A stretch of DNA of 64,000 nucleotides from Squalus acanthias. Lineage: Eukaryota. The notes beneath the pieces were generated by a model. It saw only the letters and a program-made list of their open reading frames with translations, was not told the origin of the DNA and searched no databases. Position 1 is the stretch's first letter; the number at the start of each line of letters is the position of its first letter. A program made the position numbers and the translations under genes. The stretch spans positions 137,580,001 through 137,644,000 of the forward strand of contig CM059431.1 of assembly GCA_030390025.1 (NCBI GenBank), written 5' to 3'. Below, piece by piece: positions 35,432-51,118 of the stretch.

Positions 35432-38400
35432 TCAGTTAGTTCGGTGTACAGTACCGATCACTGACATTTGTGTTCTACAGTTAGTTCAATGTACAGTAAT
35501 GATCACTGATATTTGAGTTCTACAGTTAGTTCACTGTACAGTACTGATCACTGATAATTGTGTTCTCCAGTTAGTTCAATGTACCGTACTGATCACTGAT
35601 CATTGTGTTCTACATTTAGTTCAATGTACAGTACCGATCACTGAACTTTGTATTCTACAGTTACTTCAATGTACAGTACTGATCACTGATCTTTGTGGTC
35701 TACAGTTAGCTCAATGTACAGTACTGATCACTGATCTTGGAGTTCTACAGTTAGTTCAATGTACAGTACTGATCACTGATCATTGTGCTCTACAGTTAGT
35801 TCAATGTACACTACTGATCACTGATCTTTGTGTTCTACTTTAGTTCAATGTACAGTACTGATCACTGATTTTTGTGCTCTACAGTTAGCTCAATGTACAG
35901 TACTGATCACTGATCTTGGAGTTCTACAGTTAGTTCAATGTACAGTACTGATCACTGATCATTGTGCTCTACAGTTAGTTCAATGTACAGTACTGATCAC
36001 TGATCTTTGTGCTCTACAGTTAGTTCAATGTACAGTACTGATCACTGATCTTTGTGCTCTACAGTTAGTTCAATGTACAGTACTGATCACTGATCTTTGT
36101 GCTCTACAGTTAGTTCAATGTACAGTACTGATCACTGATCTTTGTGTTCTACTTTAGTTCAATGTACAGTACTGATCACTGAGATTTGTATTCTACAGTT
36201 AGTTCAATGTACACTACTGATCACTGATCTTTGTGTTCTACTTTAGTTCAATGTACAGTACTGATCACTGAGATTTGTATTCTACAGTTACTTCAATGTA
36301 CAGTACTGATCACTGATCTTTGTGTTCTACTTTAGTTCAATGTACAGTACTGATCACTGATCTTTGTGTTCTACTTTAGTTCAATGTACAGTACTGATCA
36401 CTGATTTTTGTGCTCTACAGTTAGCTCAATGTACAGTACTGATCACTGATCTTGGAGTTCTACAGTTAGTTCAATGTACAGTACTGATCACTGATCATTG
36501 TGCTCTACAGTTAGTTCAATGTACAGTACTGATCACTGATCTTTGTGCTCCACAGTTAGTTCAATGTACAGTACTGATCACTGATCTTTGTGCTCTACAG
36601 TTAGTTCAATGTACAGTACTGATCACTGATCTTTGTGCTCTACAGTTAGTTCAATGTACAGTACTGATCACTGATCTTTGTGTTCTACTTTAGTTCAATA
36701 TACAGTACTGATCACTGAGATTTGTATTCTACAGTTAGTTCAATGTACACTACTGATCACTGATCTTTGTGTTCTACTTTAGTTCAATGTACAGTACTGA
36801 TCACTGAGATTTGTATTCTACAGTTACTTCAATGTACAGTACTGATCACTGATCTTTGTGTTCTACTTTAGTTCAATGTACAGTACTGATCACTGATCTT
36901 TGTGTTCTACTTTAGTTCAATGTACAGTACTGATCACTGATCTTTGAGTTCTACAGTTACTTCAATGTACAGTACTGATCACTGATCTTTGTGTTCTACT
37001 GTTACTTCAATGTACAGTACTGATCAGTGATCTTTGAGTTCTACAGTTAGTTCAATGTACAGTACAGATCACTGAGCATGTGTTCTAGTTAGTTCAATGT
37101 GCAGTACTGATCGGTGATCTTTTTTTTCTACAGTTAGTTCAATGTACTGTACTGATCACTGAACATTGTGTTCTACAGTTACTTCAATGTACAGTAAAGA
37201 TCACTCAGCTTTGAGTTTTAAAGTTTGTTCAATGTACAGTGCAGATCACTGAACTTTCTGTTCTACAGTTAGTTCAATGTACAGTACAGTTCAGTGATCT
37301 TTGTGTTCTACAGTTAGTTCAATGTATAGTGCAGATCACTGAACTTTGTGTTCTACAGTTAGTTCAATGTACAGAACAGATCAACGATCATTGTGTTCTA
37401 CAGTTAGTTCAATGTGCAGAATAATCACTGATCATTGTGTTCTACATTTAGTTCAATGTACCGTACCGATCACCGGTCTTTGTGTTCTACGGTTAGTTCA
37501 ATGTACCGTACCGATCACCGGTCTTTGTGTTCTACGGTTAGTTCAATGTACAGAATAATCACTGATCATTGTGTTCTACATTTACTTTAATGTACAGTAC
37601 TGATCACTGGTCATTGTGTTCTACATTTACTTTAATTTACAGTACTAATCACTGGTATTTGTGTTATACAGTTAGTTCAATGTACAGTACCACTCACTGA
37701 TCTTTGTTTTATACAGATATTGCAATGTACAGTACCGATCGCTGGTATTTTTGTTCTACATTTAGTTCAATGTACAGTACTGATCACTGATCTTTGTGCT
37801 CTACAGTTAGTTCAATTTACAGTACTGATCACTGAGATTTGTTATCGACAGTTAGTTCAATGTACAGTGCTGATCACTGATTTTTGTGTTCTACAGTTAG
37901 TTCAATGTACAGTACAGATCACTGATCATTGTGTTCTACAGTTAGTTAAATGTACAGTACAGATCACTGATCGTTGTATTCTGCAGTTAGTTTAATGTAC
38001 AGTACTGATCACTGATCTTTGAGTTCTACAGTTACTTCAATGTACATAACTGATCACTGATCATTGTATTCTACAGTTAGTACAATGTACAGTACTGTTC
38101 ATTAATCTTTGTGTTCTGCAGTTAGTTCAATGTACAGTACTGATCACTGATAATTGTGTTCTCCAGTTAGTTCAATGTACCGTACTGATCACTGATCATT
38201 GTGTTCTACATTTAGTTCAATGTACAGTACCGATCACTGAACTTTGTATTCTACAGTTACTTCAATGTACAGTACTGATCACTGAACTTTGTATTCTACA
38301 GTTACTTCAATGTACAGTACTGATCACTGATCTTTGTGGTCTACAGTTAGCTCAATGTACAGTACTGATCACTGATCTTTGTGTTCTACAGTTAGCTCAA

Positions 38401-41400
38401 TGTACAGTACTGATCACTGATCTTTGCGTTCTACAGTTAGTGCAATGTACAGTACTGATCACTGATCTTGGAGTTCTACAGTTAGTTCAAAGTACAGTAC
38501 TGATCACTGATCATTGTGTTCTACAGTTAGTTCAAAGTACAGTACTGATCACTGATTTTTGTGTTCTACAGTTAGTTCAATGCACACTACTGATCACTGA
38601 TCTTTGTGTTCTACTTTAGTTCAATGTACAGTACTGATCACTGAGATTTGTATTCTACAGTTACTTCAATGTACAGTACTGATCACTGATCTTTGTGTTC
38701 TACTTTAGTTCAATGTACAGTACTGATCACTGATCTTTGTGTTCTACTTTAGTTCAATGTACAGTACTGATCACTGATCTTTGTGCTCTACAGTTAGTTC
38801 AATGTACACTACTGATCACTGATCTTTGTGTTCTACTTTAGTTCAATGTACAGTACTGATCACTGAGATTTGTATTCTACAGTTAGTTCAATGTACACTA
38901 CTGATCACTGATCTTTGTGTTCTACTTTAGTTCAATGTACAGTACTGATCACTGAGATTTGTATTCTACAGTTACTTCAATGTACAGTACTGATCACTGA
39001 TCTTTGTGTTCTACTTTAGTTCAATGTACAGTACTGATCACTGATCTTTGTGTTCTACTTTAGTTCAATGTACAGTACTGAACACTGATCTTTGAGTTCT
39101 ACAGTTACTTCAATGTACAGTACTGATCACTGATCTTTGTGTTCTACTGTTACTTCAATGTACAGTACTGATCAGTGATCTTTGAGTTCTACAGTTAGTT
39201 CAATGTACAGTACAGATCACTGAGCATGTGTTCTAGTTAGTTCAATGTGCAGTACTGATCGGTGATCTTTTTTTTCTACAGTTAGTTCAATGTACTGTAC
39301 TGATCACTGAACATTGTGTTCTACAGTTACTTCAATGTACAGTAAAGATCACTCAGCTTTGAGTTTTAAAGTTTGTTCAATGTACAGTGCAGATCACTGA
39401 ACTTTCTGTTCTACAGTTAGTTCAATGTACAGTACAGTTCAGTGATCTTTGTGTTCTACAGTTAGTTCAATGTATAGTGCAGATCACTGAACTTTGTGTT
39501 CTACAGTTAGTTCAATGTACAGAACAGATCAACGATCATTGTGTTCTACAGTTAGTTCAATGTGCAGAATAATCACTGATCATTGTGTTCTACATTTAGT
39601 TCAATGTACCGTACCGATCACCGGTCTTTGTGTTCTACGGTTAGTTCAATGTACCGTACCGATCACCGGTCTTTGTGTTCTACGGTTAGTTCAATGTACA
39701 GAATAATCACTGATCATTGTGTTCTACATTTACTTTAATGTACAGTACTGATCACTGATCTTTGTGTTCTACATTTACTTTAATGTACAGTACTGATCAC
39801 TGGTCATTGTGTTCTACATTTACTTTAATTTACAGTACTAATCACTGGTATTTGTGTTATACAGTTAGTTCAATGTACAGTACCACTCACTGATCTTTGT
39901 TTTATACAGATATTGCAATGTACAGTACCGATCGCTGGTATTTTTGTTCTACATTTAGTTCAATGTACAGTACTGATCACTGATCTTTGTGCTCTACAGT
40001 TAGTTCAATTTACAGTACTGATCACTGAGATTTGTTATCGACAGTTAGTTCAATGTACAGTGCTGATCACTGATTTTTGTGTTCTACAGTTAGTTCAATG
40101 TACAGTACAGATCACTGATCATTGTGTTCTACAGTTAGTTAAATGTACAGTACAGATCACTGATCGTTGTATTCTGCAGTTAGTTTAATGTACAGTACTG
40201 ATCACTGATCTTTGAGTTCTACAGTTACTTCAATGTACATAACTGATCACTGATCATTGTATTCTACAGTTAGTTCAATGTACAGTACTGTTCATTAATC
40301 TTTGTGTTCTGCAGTTAGTTCAATGTACAGTACAGATCACTGATCGTTGTGTTCTACAGTTAGTTCAATGTACAGAACTGATCACTGATCATTGTGTTCT
40401 ACAGTTAGTTCAATGTACAGAACTGATCACTGATCATTGTATTCTACAGTTAGTTCAATATGCAGTACTGTTCATTAATCTTTGTGTTCTGCAGTTAGTT
40501 CAATGTACAGTACTGATCACTGATCTTTGTGTTCTGCAGTTAGTTCAATGTACAGTACTGATCACTGATCTTTGCGTTCTACAGTTAGTTCAATGTACAG
40601 TACTGATCACTGATGTTTGTGTTCTACAGTTAGTTCAATGTACAGTACTGATCACTGATCTTTGCGTTCTACAGTTAGTGCAATGTAAAGTACTGATCTC
40701 TGATCTTTGAATTCTGCAGTTATTTCAATCTACAGTACTGATCACTGATCTTTGAGTTGTCCAATTAGCTCAATACAGTAATGATAACTGATCTTTGTGT
40801 TCTACAGTTAGTTCAATGTACAGTACTGTTCACTAATTTTTGTGTTCTGCAGTTAGTGCAATGTACAGTACTGATCACTGAACTTTGTGTTCTACAGTTA
40901 GTTCAATGAACAGTACTGATCACTGTATCTTTGTGTTCTACAGTTAGTTCAATGTACAGTACTGATCACTGATCATTGTGTTCTACAGTTAGTTCAATGT
41001 ACAGTACTGATCACTGATTTTTGTTTTCTACAGTTAGTTCAATGTACAGTACTGATCACTGATCTTTGTGTTCTACAGTTAGTTCAATGAACAGTACTGA
41101 TCACTGATCTTTGCGTTCTACAGTTAGTTCAATGAACAGTACTGATCACTGATCATTGTTTTCTACAGTTAGTTCAATGTAATGTATTGATCACTGATCT
41201 TTGTGTTCTGCAGTTAGCTCAATGTACAGCAAAGATCGCTGATTTTGAGTTCTAAAGTAAAGTACAGTCCTGATCACTGATCATTGTGTTCTGCAGTCAT
41301 TTCAAAGTACAGTACTGATCACTGATCTTTGAGTTCTACAGTGAGTTCAATGTTCAGTACTGATCACTGATCTTTGTGTTCTGCAGTTAGTTCAATGTAC

Positions 41401-44400
41401 AGTACTGATCACTGGTATTTGTGTTCTACAGTTAGTTCAATGTACAGTACCACTCACTGATCTTTGTTTTATACAGATATTGCAATGTACAGTACCGATC
41501 GCTGGTATTTTTGTTCTACATTTAGTTCAATGTACAGTACTGATCTCTGATCTTTGTGTTCTACAGTGAGTTCAATGTACAGTACTGATCATTGAACTTT
41601 GTTTTCTACAGATAGTTCAATGTACAGTACAGATCAGTGATCTTTGTGTTCTACAGATAGTTCAATGTACAGTACAGATCACTGATCGTTGTGTTCTGCA
41701 GTTAGTTTAATGTACAGTACTGATCACTGATCTTTGAGTTCTACAGTTACTTCAATGAACAGTACTGATCACTGATCTTTGCGTTCTACAGTTAGTTCAA
41801 TGAACAGTACTGATCACTGATCATTGTTTTCTACAGTTAGTTCAATGTAATGTATTGATCACTGATCTTTGTGTTCTGCAGTTAGTTCAATGTACAGCAA
41901 AGATCGCTGATTTTGAGTTCTAAAGTAAAGTACAGTCCTGATCACTGATCATTGTGTTCTGCAGTCATTTCAAAGTACAGTACTGATCACTGATCTTTGA
42001 GTTCTACAGTGAGTTCAATGTTCAGTACTGATCACTGATCTTTGTGTTCTGCAGTTAGTTCAATGTACAGTACTGATCACTGGTATTTGTGTTCTACAGT
42101 TAGTTCAATGTACAGTACCACTCACTGATCTTTGTTTTATACAGATATTGCAATGTACAGTACCGATCGCTGGTATTTTTGTTCTACATTTAGTTCAATG
42201 TACAGTACTGATCTCTGATCTTTGTGTTCTACAGTGAGTTCAATGTACAGTACTGATCATTGAACTTTGTTTTCTACAGATAGTTCAATGTACAGTACAG
42301 ATCACTGATCGTTGTGTTCTGCAGTTAGTTTAATGTACAGTACTGATCACTGATCTTTGAGTTCTACAGTTACTTCATTGTACGGAACTAATGACTGATG
42401 ATTGTATTCTACTGTTAGTTCAATGTACAGTACTGTTCATTAATCTTTGTGTTCTGCAGTTAGTTCAATGTACAGTACAGATCACTGATCTTTGTGTTCT
42501 ACAGTTAGTTCAATGTACAGTACTGATCACTGATCTTTCTGCTCTACAGTTAGTTCAATGTAATGTATTGATCACTGATCTTTGTGTTCTGCAGTTAGTT
42601 CAATGTACAGCAAAGATCGCTGATTTTGAGTTCTAAAGTAAAGTACAGTCCTGATCACTGATCATTGTGTTCTGCAGTCATTTCAAAGTACAGTACTGAT
42701 CACTGATCTTTGAGTTCTACAGTGAGTTCAATGTTCAGTACTGATCACTGATCTTTGTGTTCTGCAGTTAGTTCAATGTACAGCAAAGATCGCTGATTTT
42801 TAGATCTAAATTAAAGTACAGTCCTGATCACTGATCATTGTGTTCTGCAGTCATTTCAAAGTACAGTACTGATCACTGATCTTTGAGTTCTACAGTTAGT
42901 TCAATGTTCAGTACTGATCACTGATCTTTGTTTTCGACAGTTAGTTCAATGAACAGTACTGATCACTGATCTTTGTGTTCGACAGTTAGTTCAATGTACA
43001 GCAATGTTCACTGATCTTTGAGTTCTAAAGTAAGTTCAATGTACAGTCCTGATCACTGATCATCGTGTTAAGCAGTTAGTTCAATGTACAGTGCAGATCA
43101 CTGATCTTTGTGTGTTACAGTTAGTTCAATGTACAGTACTGATCACTGATCTTTGAGTTCTACAGTTATTTCATGTACAGTACAGATCAATGATCTTTGT
43201 GTTCTACAGTTAGTTCAGTGTACAGTACAGATCACTGATCTTTGTGTGTTACAGTTAGTTCAATGTACAGTACAGATCACTGATCTTTGTGTTCTACAGT
43301 TAATTCAGTGTACAGTACAGATCACTGATCTTTGTGTATTGCAGTTAGTTCAATGTACAGTACTGATCACTGATCTTTGAGTTCTACAGTTATATCAATG
43401 TACAGTACAGATCACTGATCTTTGTATTCTACAGTTAGTTCAATGTACAGTACTGATCACTGATCTTTGAGTTCTACAGTTATTTCATGTACAGTACTGA
43501 TCACTGATCTTTGTGTGTTACAGTTAGTTCAATGTACAGTTCAGATCACTGATCTTAGAGTTCTACAGTTACTTCATGTACAGTACTGATCACTGATCTT
43601 TGTGTGTTACAGTTAGTTCAATGTACAGTTCAGATCACTGATCTTTGAGTTCTACAGTTATTTCATGTACAGTACTGATCACTGAATTTTGTGTTCTACA
43701 GTTAGTTCAATGTACAGTACTGTTCACTGATCTTTGTGGTCTACAGTTAGTTCAATGTACAGTACTGTTCACTGATCTTTGTGGTCTACAGTTAGTTCAA
43801 TGTACAGTACCGATCACTGATCTTTGTGTTAAGCAGTTAGTTCAATGTACAGCAAAGATCACTGATCATTGAGTTCTAAAGTAAGTTCAATGTATAGTCC
43901 TGATCACTGATCATTGTGTTCTGCAGTTAGTTCAATGTACAGTACTGATCACTGATCTTTGTGGTAAGCAGTTAGTTCAATGTACAGTACTGTTCACTGA
44001 TCTTTGTGTTCTACAGTTAGTTCAATGTACAGTTCAGATCACTGATCTTTGTGTGTTACTGTTAGTTCAATGTACAGTACTGATCACTGATCGTTGTGTT
44101 CTACAGTTAGTTAAATGTACAGTACAGATCACTGATTGTTGTATTCTGCAGTTAGTTTAATGTACAGTACTGATCACTGATCTTTGAGTTCTACAGTTAC
44201 TTCAATGTACAGAACTGATCACTGATCATTGTATTCTACAGTTAGTTCAATGTACAGTACTGTTCATTAATCTTTGTGTTCTGCAGTTAGTTCAATGTAC
44301 AGTACTGATCACTGATCTTTGTGTTCTGCAGTTAGTTCAATGTACAGTACTGATCACTGATCTTTGCGTTCTACAGTTAGTTCAATGAACAGTACTGATC

Positions 44401-47400
44401 ACTGATGTTTGTGTTCTACAGTTAGTTCAATGTACAGTACTGATCACTGATCTTTGCGTTCTACAGTTAGTGCAATGTAAAGTACTGATCTCTGATCTTT
44501 GAATTCTGCAGTTATTTCAATCTACAGTACTGATCACTGATCTTTGAGTTGTCCAATTAGCTCAATACAGTAATGATAACTGATCTTTGTGTTCTACAGT
44601 TAGTTCAATGTACAGTACTGTTCACTAATTTTTGTGTTCTGCAGTTAATGCAATGTACAGTACTGATCACTGAACTTTGTGTTCTACAGTTAGTTCAATG
44701 AACAGTACTGATCACTGTATCTTTGTGTTCTACAGTTAGTTCAATGTACAGTACTGATCACTGATCATTGTGTTCTACAGTTAGTTCAATGTACAGTACT
44801 GATCACTGATTTTTGTTTTCTACAGTTAGTTCAATGTACAGTACTGATCACTGATCTTTGCGTTCTACAGTTAGTTCAATGAACAGTACTGATCACTGAT
44901 CATTGTTTTCTACAGTTAGTTCAATGTAATGTATTGATCACTGATCTTTGTGTTCTGCAGTTAGTTCAATGTACAGCAAAGATCGCTGATTTTGAGTTCT
45001 AAAGTAAAGTACAGTCCTGATCACTGATCATTGTGTTCTGCAGTCATTTCAAAGTACAGTACTGATCACTGATCTTTGAGTTCTACAGTGAGTTCAATGT
45101 TCAGTACTGATCACTGATCTTTGTGTTCTGGAGTTAGTTCAATGTACAGTACTGATCACTGGTATTTGTGTTCTACAGTTAGTTCAATGTACAGTACCAC
45201 TCACTGATCTTTGTTTTATACAGATATTGCAATGTACAGTACCGATCGCTGGTATTTTTGTTCTACATTTAGTTCAATGTACAGTACTGATCTCTGATCT
45301 TTGTGTTCTACAGTGAGTTCAATGTACAGTACAGATCAGTGATCGTTGTGTTCTACAGATAGTTCAATGTACAGTACAGATCACTGATCGTTGTGTTCTG
45401 CAGTTAGTTTAATGTACAGTACTGATCACTGATCTTTGAGTTCTACAGTTACTTCAATGTACAGAACTAATGACTGATCATTGTATTCTACAGTTAGTTC
45501 AATGTACAGTACTGTTCATTAATCTTTGTGTTCTGCAGTTAGTTCAATGTACAGTACAGATCACTGATCTTTGTGTTCTACAGTTAGTTCAATGTACAGA
45601 ACTGATCACTGATCTTTGTGTCCTACAGTTAGTTCAATGAACAGTACTGATCACTGATCGTTGTGTTCTACAGTTAGTTCAATGTACAGTACTGATCACT
45701 GATCTTTGTGTTCTACAGTTAGTTCAATGTACAGTACTGATCACTGATCTTTCTGCTCTACAGTTAGTTCAATGTAATGTATTGATCACTGATCTTTGTG
45801 TTCTGCAGTTAGTTCAATGTACAGCAAAGATCGCTGATTTTGAGTTCTAAAGTAAAGTACAGTCCTGATCACTGATCATTGTGTTCTGCAGTCATTTCAA
45901 AGTACAGTACTGATCACTGATCTTTGAGTTCTACAGTGAGTTCAATGTACAGTCATGATCACTGATCTTTGTGTGTTACTGTTAGTTCAATGTACAGTAC
46001 TGATCACTGATCTTTGTGTTCGACAGTTAGTTCAATGTACAGCAATGTTCACTGATCTTTGAGTTCTAAAGTAAGTTCAATGTACAGTCCTGATCACTGA
46101 TGATCGTGTTAAGCAGTTAGTTCAATGTACAGTACTGATCACTGATCATTGTGTTCTGCAGTCATTTCAAAGTACAGTACTGATCACTGATCTTTGAGTT
46201 CTACAGTTAGTTCAATGTTCAGTACTGATCACTGATCTTTGTGTTCGACAGTTAGTTCAATGAACAGTACTGATCACTGATCTTTGTGTTCGACAGTTAG
46301 TTCAATGTACAGCAATGTTCACTGATCTTTGAGTTCTAAAGTAAGTTCAATGTACAGTCCTGATCACTGATGATCGTGTTAAGCAGTTAGTTCAATGTAC
46401 AGTGCAGATCACTGATCTTTGTGTGTTACAGTTAGTTCAATGTTCAGTACTGATCACTGATCTTTGAGTTCTACAGTTATTTCATGTACAGTACAGATCA
46501 ATGATCTTTGTGTTCTACAGTTAGTTCAGTGTACAGTACAGATCACTGATCTTTGTGTGTTACAGTTAGTTCAATGTACAGTACAGATCACTGATCTTTG
46601 TGTTCTACAGTTAATTCAGTGTACAGTACAGATCACTGATCTTTGTGTATTGCAGTTAGTTCAATGTACAGTACTGATCACTGATCTTTGAGTTCTACAG
46701 TTATATCAATGTACAGTACAGATCACTGATCTTTGTATTCTACAGTTAGTTCAATGTACAGTACTGATCACTGATCTTTGAGTTCTACAGTTATTTCATG
46801 TACAGTACTGATCACTGATCTTTGTGAGTACTGTTCACTGATCTTTGTGCTCTACAGTTAGTTCAATGTACAGTACCGATCACTGATCTTTGTGTTAAGC
46901 AGTTAGTTCAATGTACAGCAAAGATCACTGATCATTGAGTTCTAAAGTAAGTTCAATGTATAGTCCTGATCACTGATCATTGTGTTCTGCAGTTAGTTCA
47001 ATGTACAGTACTGATCACTGAGCTTTGTGTTAAGCAGTTAGTTCAATGTACAGTACTGTTCACTGATCTTTGTGTTCTACAGTTAGTTCAATGTACAGTT
47101 CAGATCACTGATCTTTGTGTGTTACTGTTAGTTCAATGTACAGTACTGATCACTGATCTTTGTGTTCTACAGTTTGTTCAATGTACAGTACTGATCACTG
47201 ATCTTTGTGTTCTGCAGTTAGTTCAATGTACAGTACTGATCACTGTTATTTGTGTTCTACAGTTATTTCAATGGACAGTGCAGATAACTTATCATTGTGT
47301 TCTGCATTTAATTAATGTACAGTACTGATCACTGATCTTTGAGTTCTGAAGTTAGTTCAATGTATCGTACTGTTCCCTAATTTTTGTGTTCTGCAGTTTG

Positions 47401-47875
47401 TTCAATGTGCAGTACTGATCACTGATCTTTGTGTTCTACAGTTAGTTCAATATACAGTGCAGATCACTAATCTTTGTGTTCTACATTTAGTTCAACGTAC
47501 AGTACTGATCACTGCTCTTTGTGTTCTACAGTTAGTTTAACGTGCAGTACAGATCACTGATCTTTGTGTTTTACAGTTAGTTCTATGTACAGTACAGATC
47601 ACTGATCATTGTGATCAACAGTTAGTTTAATGTGCAGTACAGATCACTGATCATTGTGTTTTACAGTTAGTTCTATGTACTGTACAGATCACATTGTGTT
47701 CAATAGTTAGTTTAATGTACAGTGCAGAGTAGTGATCATCGTATACTACTGTTCGATTTATGTGCAGGACAGAAGAGTGATCATTGTGTTCTAAAGTTAA
47801 TTCAAAGTACAGTACAGAACAGAGATCATTGTGTACCACAGTTAGCTCAGTGTACAGTACAGAGCAGTGATCATT
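35432..47875. repeat. 45-bp tandem satellite, about 275 monomers by length, with higher-order duplications
   Basis: Consensus tacagttagttcaatgtacagtactgatcactgatctttgtgttc; no unique spacers. Confidence 0.98.
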
Positions 47876-49887
47876 AACAGAACATAGACAAAGAACAGTA
47901 CAGCACAGTACAGGCCCTTCGGCCCTCGATGTTGTGCCGAGCATTGTCCGAAACCAAGATCAAGCTATCCCACTCTCTATCATTCTGGTGTGCTCCATGT
48001 GCTTATCCAATAACCGCTTGAAGGTTCCTAAAGTGTTCGACTCCACTATCACAGCAGGCAGTCCATTCCACACCCCAACCACTCTCTGAGTAAAGAATCT
48101 ACCTCGGACATCCCTTCTATATCTCCCCCCATGCACCTTATAGTTATGCCCCATTGTAACAGCTACATCCACCCGAGGAACTAGTCTCTGAACATCCACT
48201 CTATCTATTCCCCTCATCATCTTATAAACCTCTATTAAGTCGCCTCTCATCCTCCTCCGCTCTAAAGAGAAAAGCCCTAGCTTCGTCAATCTTTCCTCAT
48301 AAGACCTCCCCCCCAAACCAGGCAGCATCCTGGTAAATCTCCTTTGCAGTCTTTCCAATGCTTCCACGTCCTTCCTATAGTGAGGTGACCAGAACTGCAC
48401 ACAATATTCCAAATGTGGTCTCTCCAAGGTCCTGTACAGTTGCAGCATAACCTCACGGTTCTTAAACTCAAACCCCTTGTTAATAAACGCTAACACTCTA
48501 TAGGCCTTCTTTACTGCTCTATCCACTTGAGTGGCAACCTTCAGAGATCTGTGGATATGAACCCCCAGATCCCTCTGTTCCTCCACGTTCCTCAGAACCC
48601 TGCCGTTGACCCTCTAATCCTTATTCAAATTTGCCCTACCAAAATGAATCACCTCGCACTTATCAGGTTTAAATTCCATCTGTCATTTTTCGGCCCAGCT
48701 CTGCATCCTATCAATGTCTCTTTGAAGCCTACAACAGCCCTCCACCTCATCCACTACTCCACCAATCTTGGTGTCATCAGAAAATTTACTAATCCACCCT
48801 TCGGTCCCCTTCTCCAAGTCATTGATAAAAATCACAAACAACAGAGGATCCAGCACCGACCCCTGTAGCACACCGCTGGTAACTGGTCTCCAGTCCGAAA
48901 ATTTTCCATCCACCACCACCCTCTGCCTTCTATGAGATAGCCAGTTACTTATCCAATCGGTCACATTTCCCTCTATCCCACAACTCCTTACTTTCTTCAT
49001 GAGCCGACCATGGGGAACCTTATCAAACGCCTTACTAAAATCCATGTATACGACATCAACTGCTCTACCTTCATCTACACACTTAGTTACCGCCTCAAAG
49101 AATTCAATCAAATTTGTTAGGCAAGACTTACCCTTCACGAATCCGTGTTGACTATCCCGGATTAAGTTGCATCTTTCCAAATGGTCATAAATCCTATCCC
49201 TCAGGACCTTTTCCATTATCTTACCAACCACCGAAGTAAGACTAACCGGCCTATAATTAACAGGGTCATTCCTATTTCCTTTCTTGAAGAGAGGAACAAC
49301 ATTCGCCACTCTCCAGTCCTCTGGCACCATCCCCGTGGACAGTGAGGACCCAAAGATCAAAGCCAAAGGCTCTGCAATCTCCTCCCTTGCCTCCCAAAGA
49401 ATCCTAGGATAATTCCCATCTGGCCCAGGGGACTTATCGACCCTCAGGTTCTTCAAAATTGCTAAAACATCTTCCCTCAGAACATCTACCTCCTCCAGCC
49501 TATCCACCTTTATCACACTCTCTTCCTCAAAAACATGGCCCCTCTCCTCGGTGAACACTGACGAAAAGTATTCATTCATCAACTCTCCTATCTCTGCTGA
49601 CTCCATGCGCAAGTTCCCACTACTGTCCTTGACCGGCCTTACCCTGACCCTGGTCATTCTTTTATTTCTCACATAAGAGTAAAAAGCCTTGGGGTTTTCC
49701 TTGATCCGACCCGCCAAGGACTTCCCATGCCCCCTCCTAGCTCTCCTAAGCTCTTTTTTTTAGCTCATTCCTTACTACCTTGTACCCCTCAATCGACCCA
49801 ACTGAACCTTGTTTCCTCATCCTTACATACGCTTCCTTTTTCCTCTTGACTAGACATTCAACCTCTTTTGTGAACCATGGTTCTCTC
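47876..49887 (-). mobile_element. CR1 LINE (second subfamily), 5'-truncated, inserted in the satellite
   Basis: ORFs 48683-49717 and 47960-48586 (RT); tail aacagaacatag at the left end; tgatcatt on both flanks. Confidence 0.95.
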
Positions 49888-50301
49888 ACTGATCATTGTG
49901 TTCCATAGTTAATCAAATGTACAGTATAGAGCTGCGATCATTCTGTTGTACACTTACTTCAATGAAATGTATAGAACATTGATCATTGAGTTCACATTTA
50001 GTTCAGTGTACAGTACAGAGCAGTGATCATTGTTTGCTACAGTTAGTTCAGTGTATATTGCAGATGACTGATCTTTGTATGATTCAGTTAGTTCAATATA
50101 CATCAAAGAGCAGTGATCGTTTTAATCTACAATTAGTTCAATCTACCGTACAGTGCAGTGATCATTGTGTCCTCCAGTTAGTTCAATGTACAGTTCACAG
50201 CAGTGATCATTGTTTTCTACAATTAGTTCAATTTACAATACAGAGCAGTGATCATTGTGTCCGACAGTTAGTTCAATGTACAGTACAATGCAGGGATCAT
50301 T
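49888..50301. repeat. Degenerate continuation of the 45-bp satellite (residual monomer also at ~51119-51155)
   Basis: cagttagttcaatgtacag...gatcattg units with many substitutions. Confidence 0.9.
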
Positions 50302-51118
50302 TTGGGTAATTGGGCAGAAGCATGGCAGATGCAAAACAAAGTGGATAAATGCGAGGTTATCCACTTTGGTGTCAAATACAGGAAGGCAGATTATTATCTG
50401 AACGGCAATAGATTTGCAGAAGGGGAAGTGCAACGAGACCTGGGTGTCCTTGTGCACCAGTCGCTGAAGGTAAGCATGCAGGTGCAGCAGGCGGTTAAGA
50501 AGCCAAATGGTATGTTGGCCTTCGTAGCGAAAGGGTTCGAGTACAGGAACACATCTTGAGTATTGTGTGCAGTTTTGGTCGCCTTATCTGAGGAAGGATG
50601 TTCTTGCCATGGAGGGAATGCAGCGAAGATTCACCAGGCTGATACCTGGGATGGCAGGAATGATGTATGAGGAGAGATTGGGTCGATTGGGCTTATACTC
50701 GCTGGAGTTTAGAAGAATGAGAGGGGATCTCATTGAAACTTATAACATTCTAACAGGACTAGACAGACTAGATGCAGGAAGGATGTTCCCGATGGCCGGG
50801 GAGTCCAGAACCAGGGGTCACAGTCTAAGGATAAGGGGTAAGCCATTTAGGACTGAGATGAGGAGGAATTTCTTCACCCAGAGTGTGGTGAACCTGTGGA
50901 ATTCTCTACCACAGAAGGCGATAGAGGCCAATTCATTAAATATATTCAAGAAAGAGTTAGATATATTTCTTAAAGCTAAAGGGATCAAGGGATATGGGGA
51001 GAAGGCAGGGACAGGGTACTGAATTTCAATGATCAGCCATGATCTCATTGAATGGCGGAGCAGGCTCGAGGGGCTGAATGGCCTGCTACTGCTCCTATCT
51101 TCAATGTTTCTATGTTTC
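50302..51118 (+). mobile_element. CR1 3' fragment with (atgtttct)n tail
   Basis: WQMQNKVDKCEVIHFG...GYGEKAGTGY*, small internal deletion. Confidence 0.92.

Noticed and set aside
35432..50301. CRISPR array or repeat-protein gene ((LQLVQCTVLITDLCV)n ORFs)
   Set aside because: No unique spacers or cas genes and the context is eukaryotic; the ORFs arise because 45 bp = 15 codons and they are broken by frequent stops and 44-bp units
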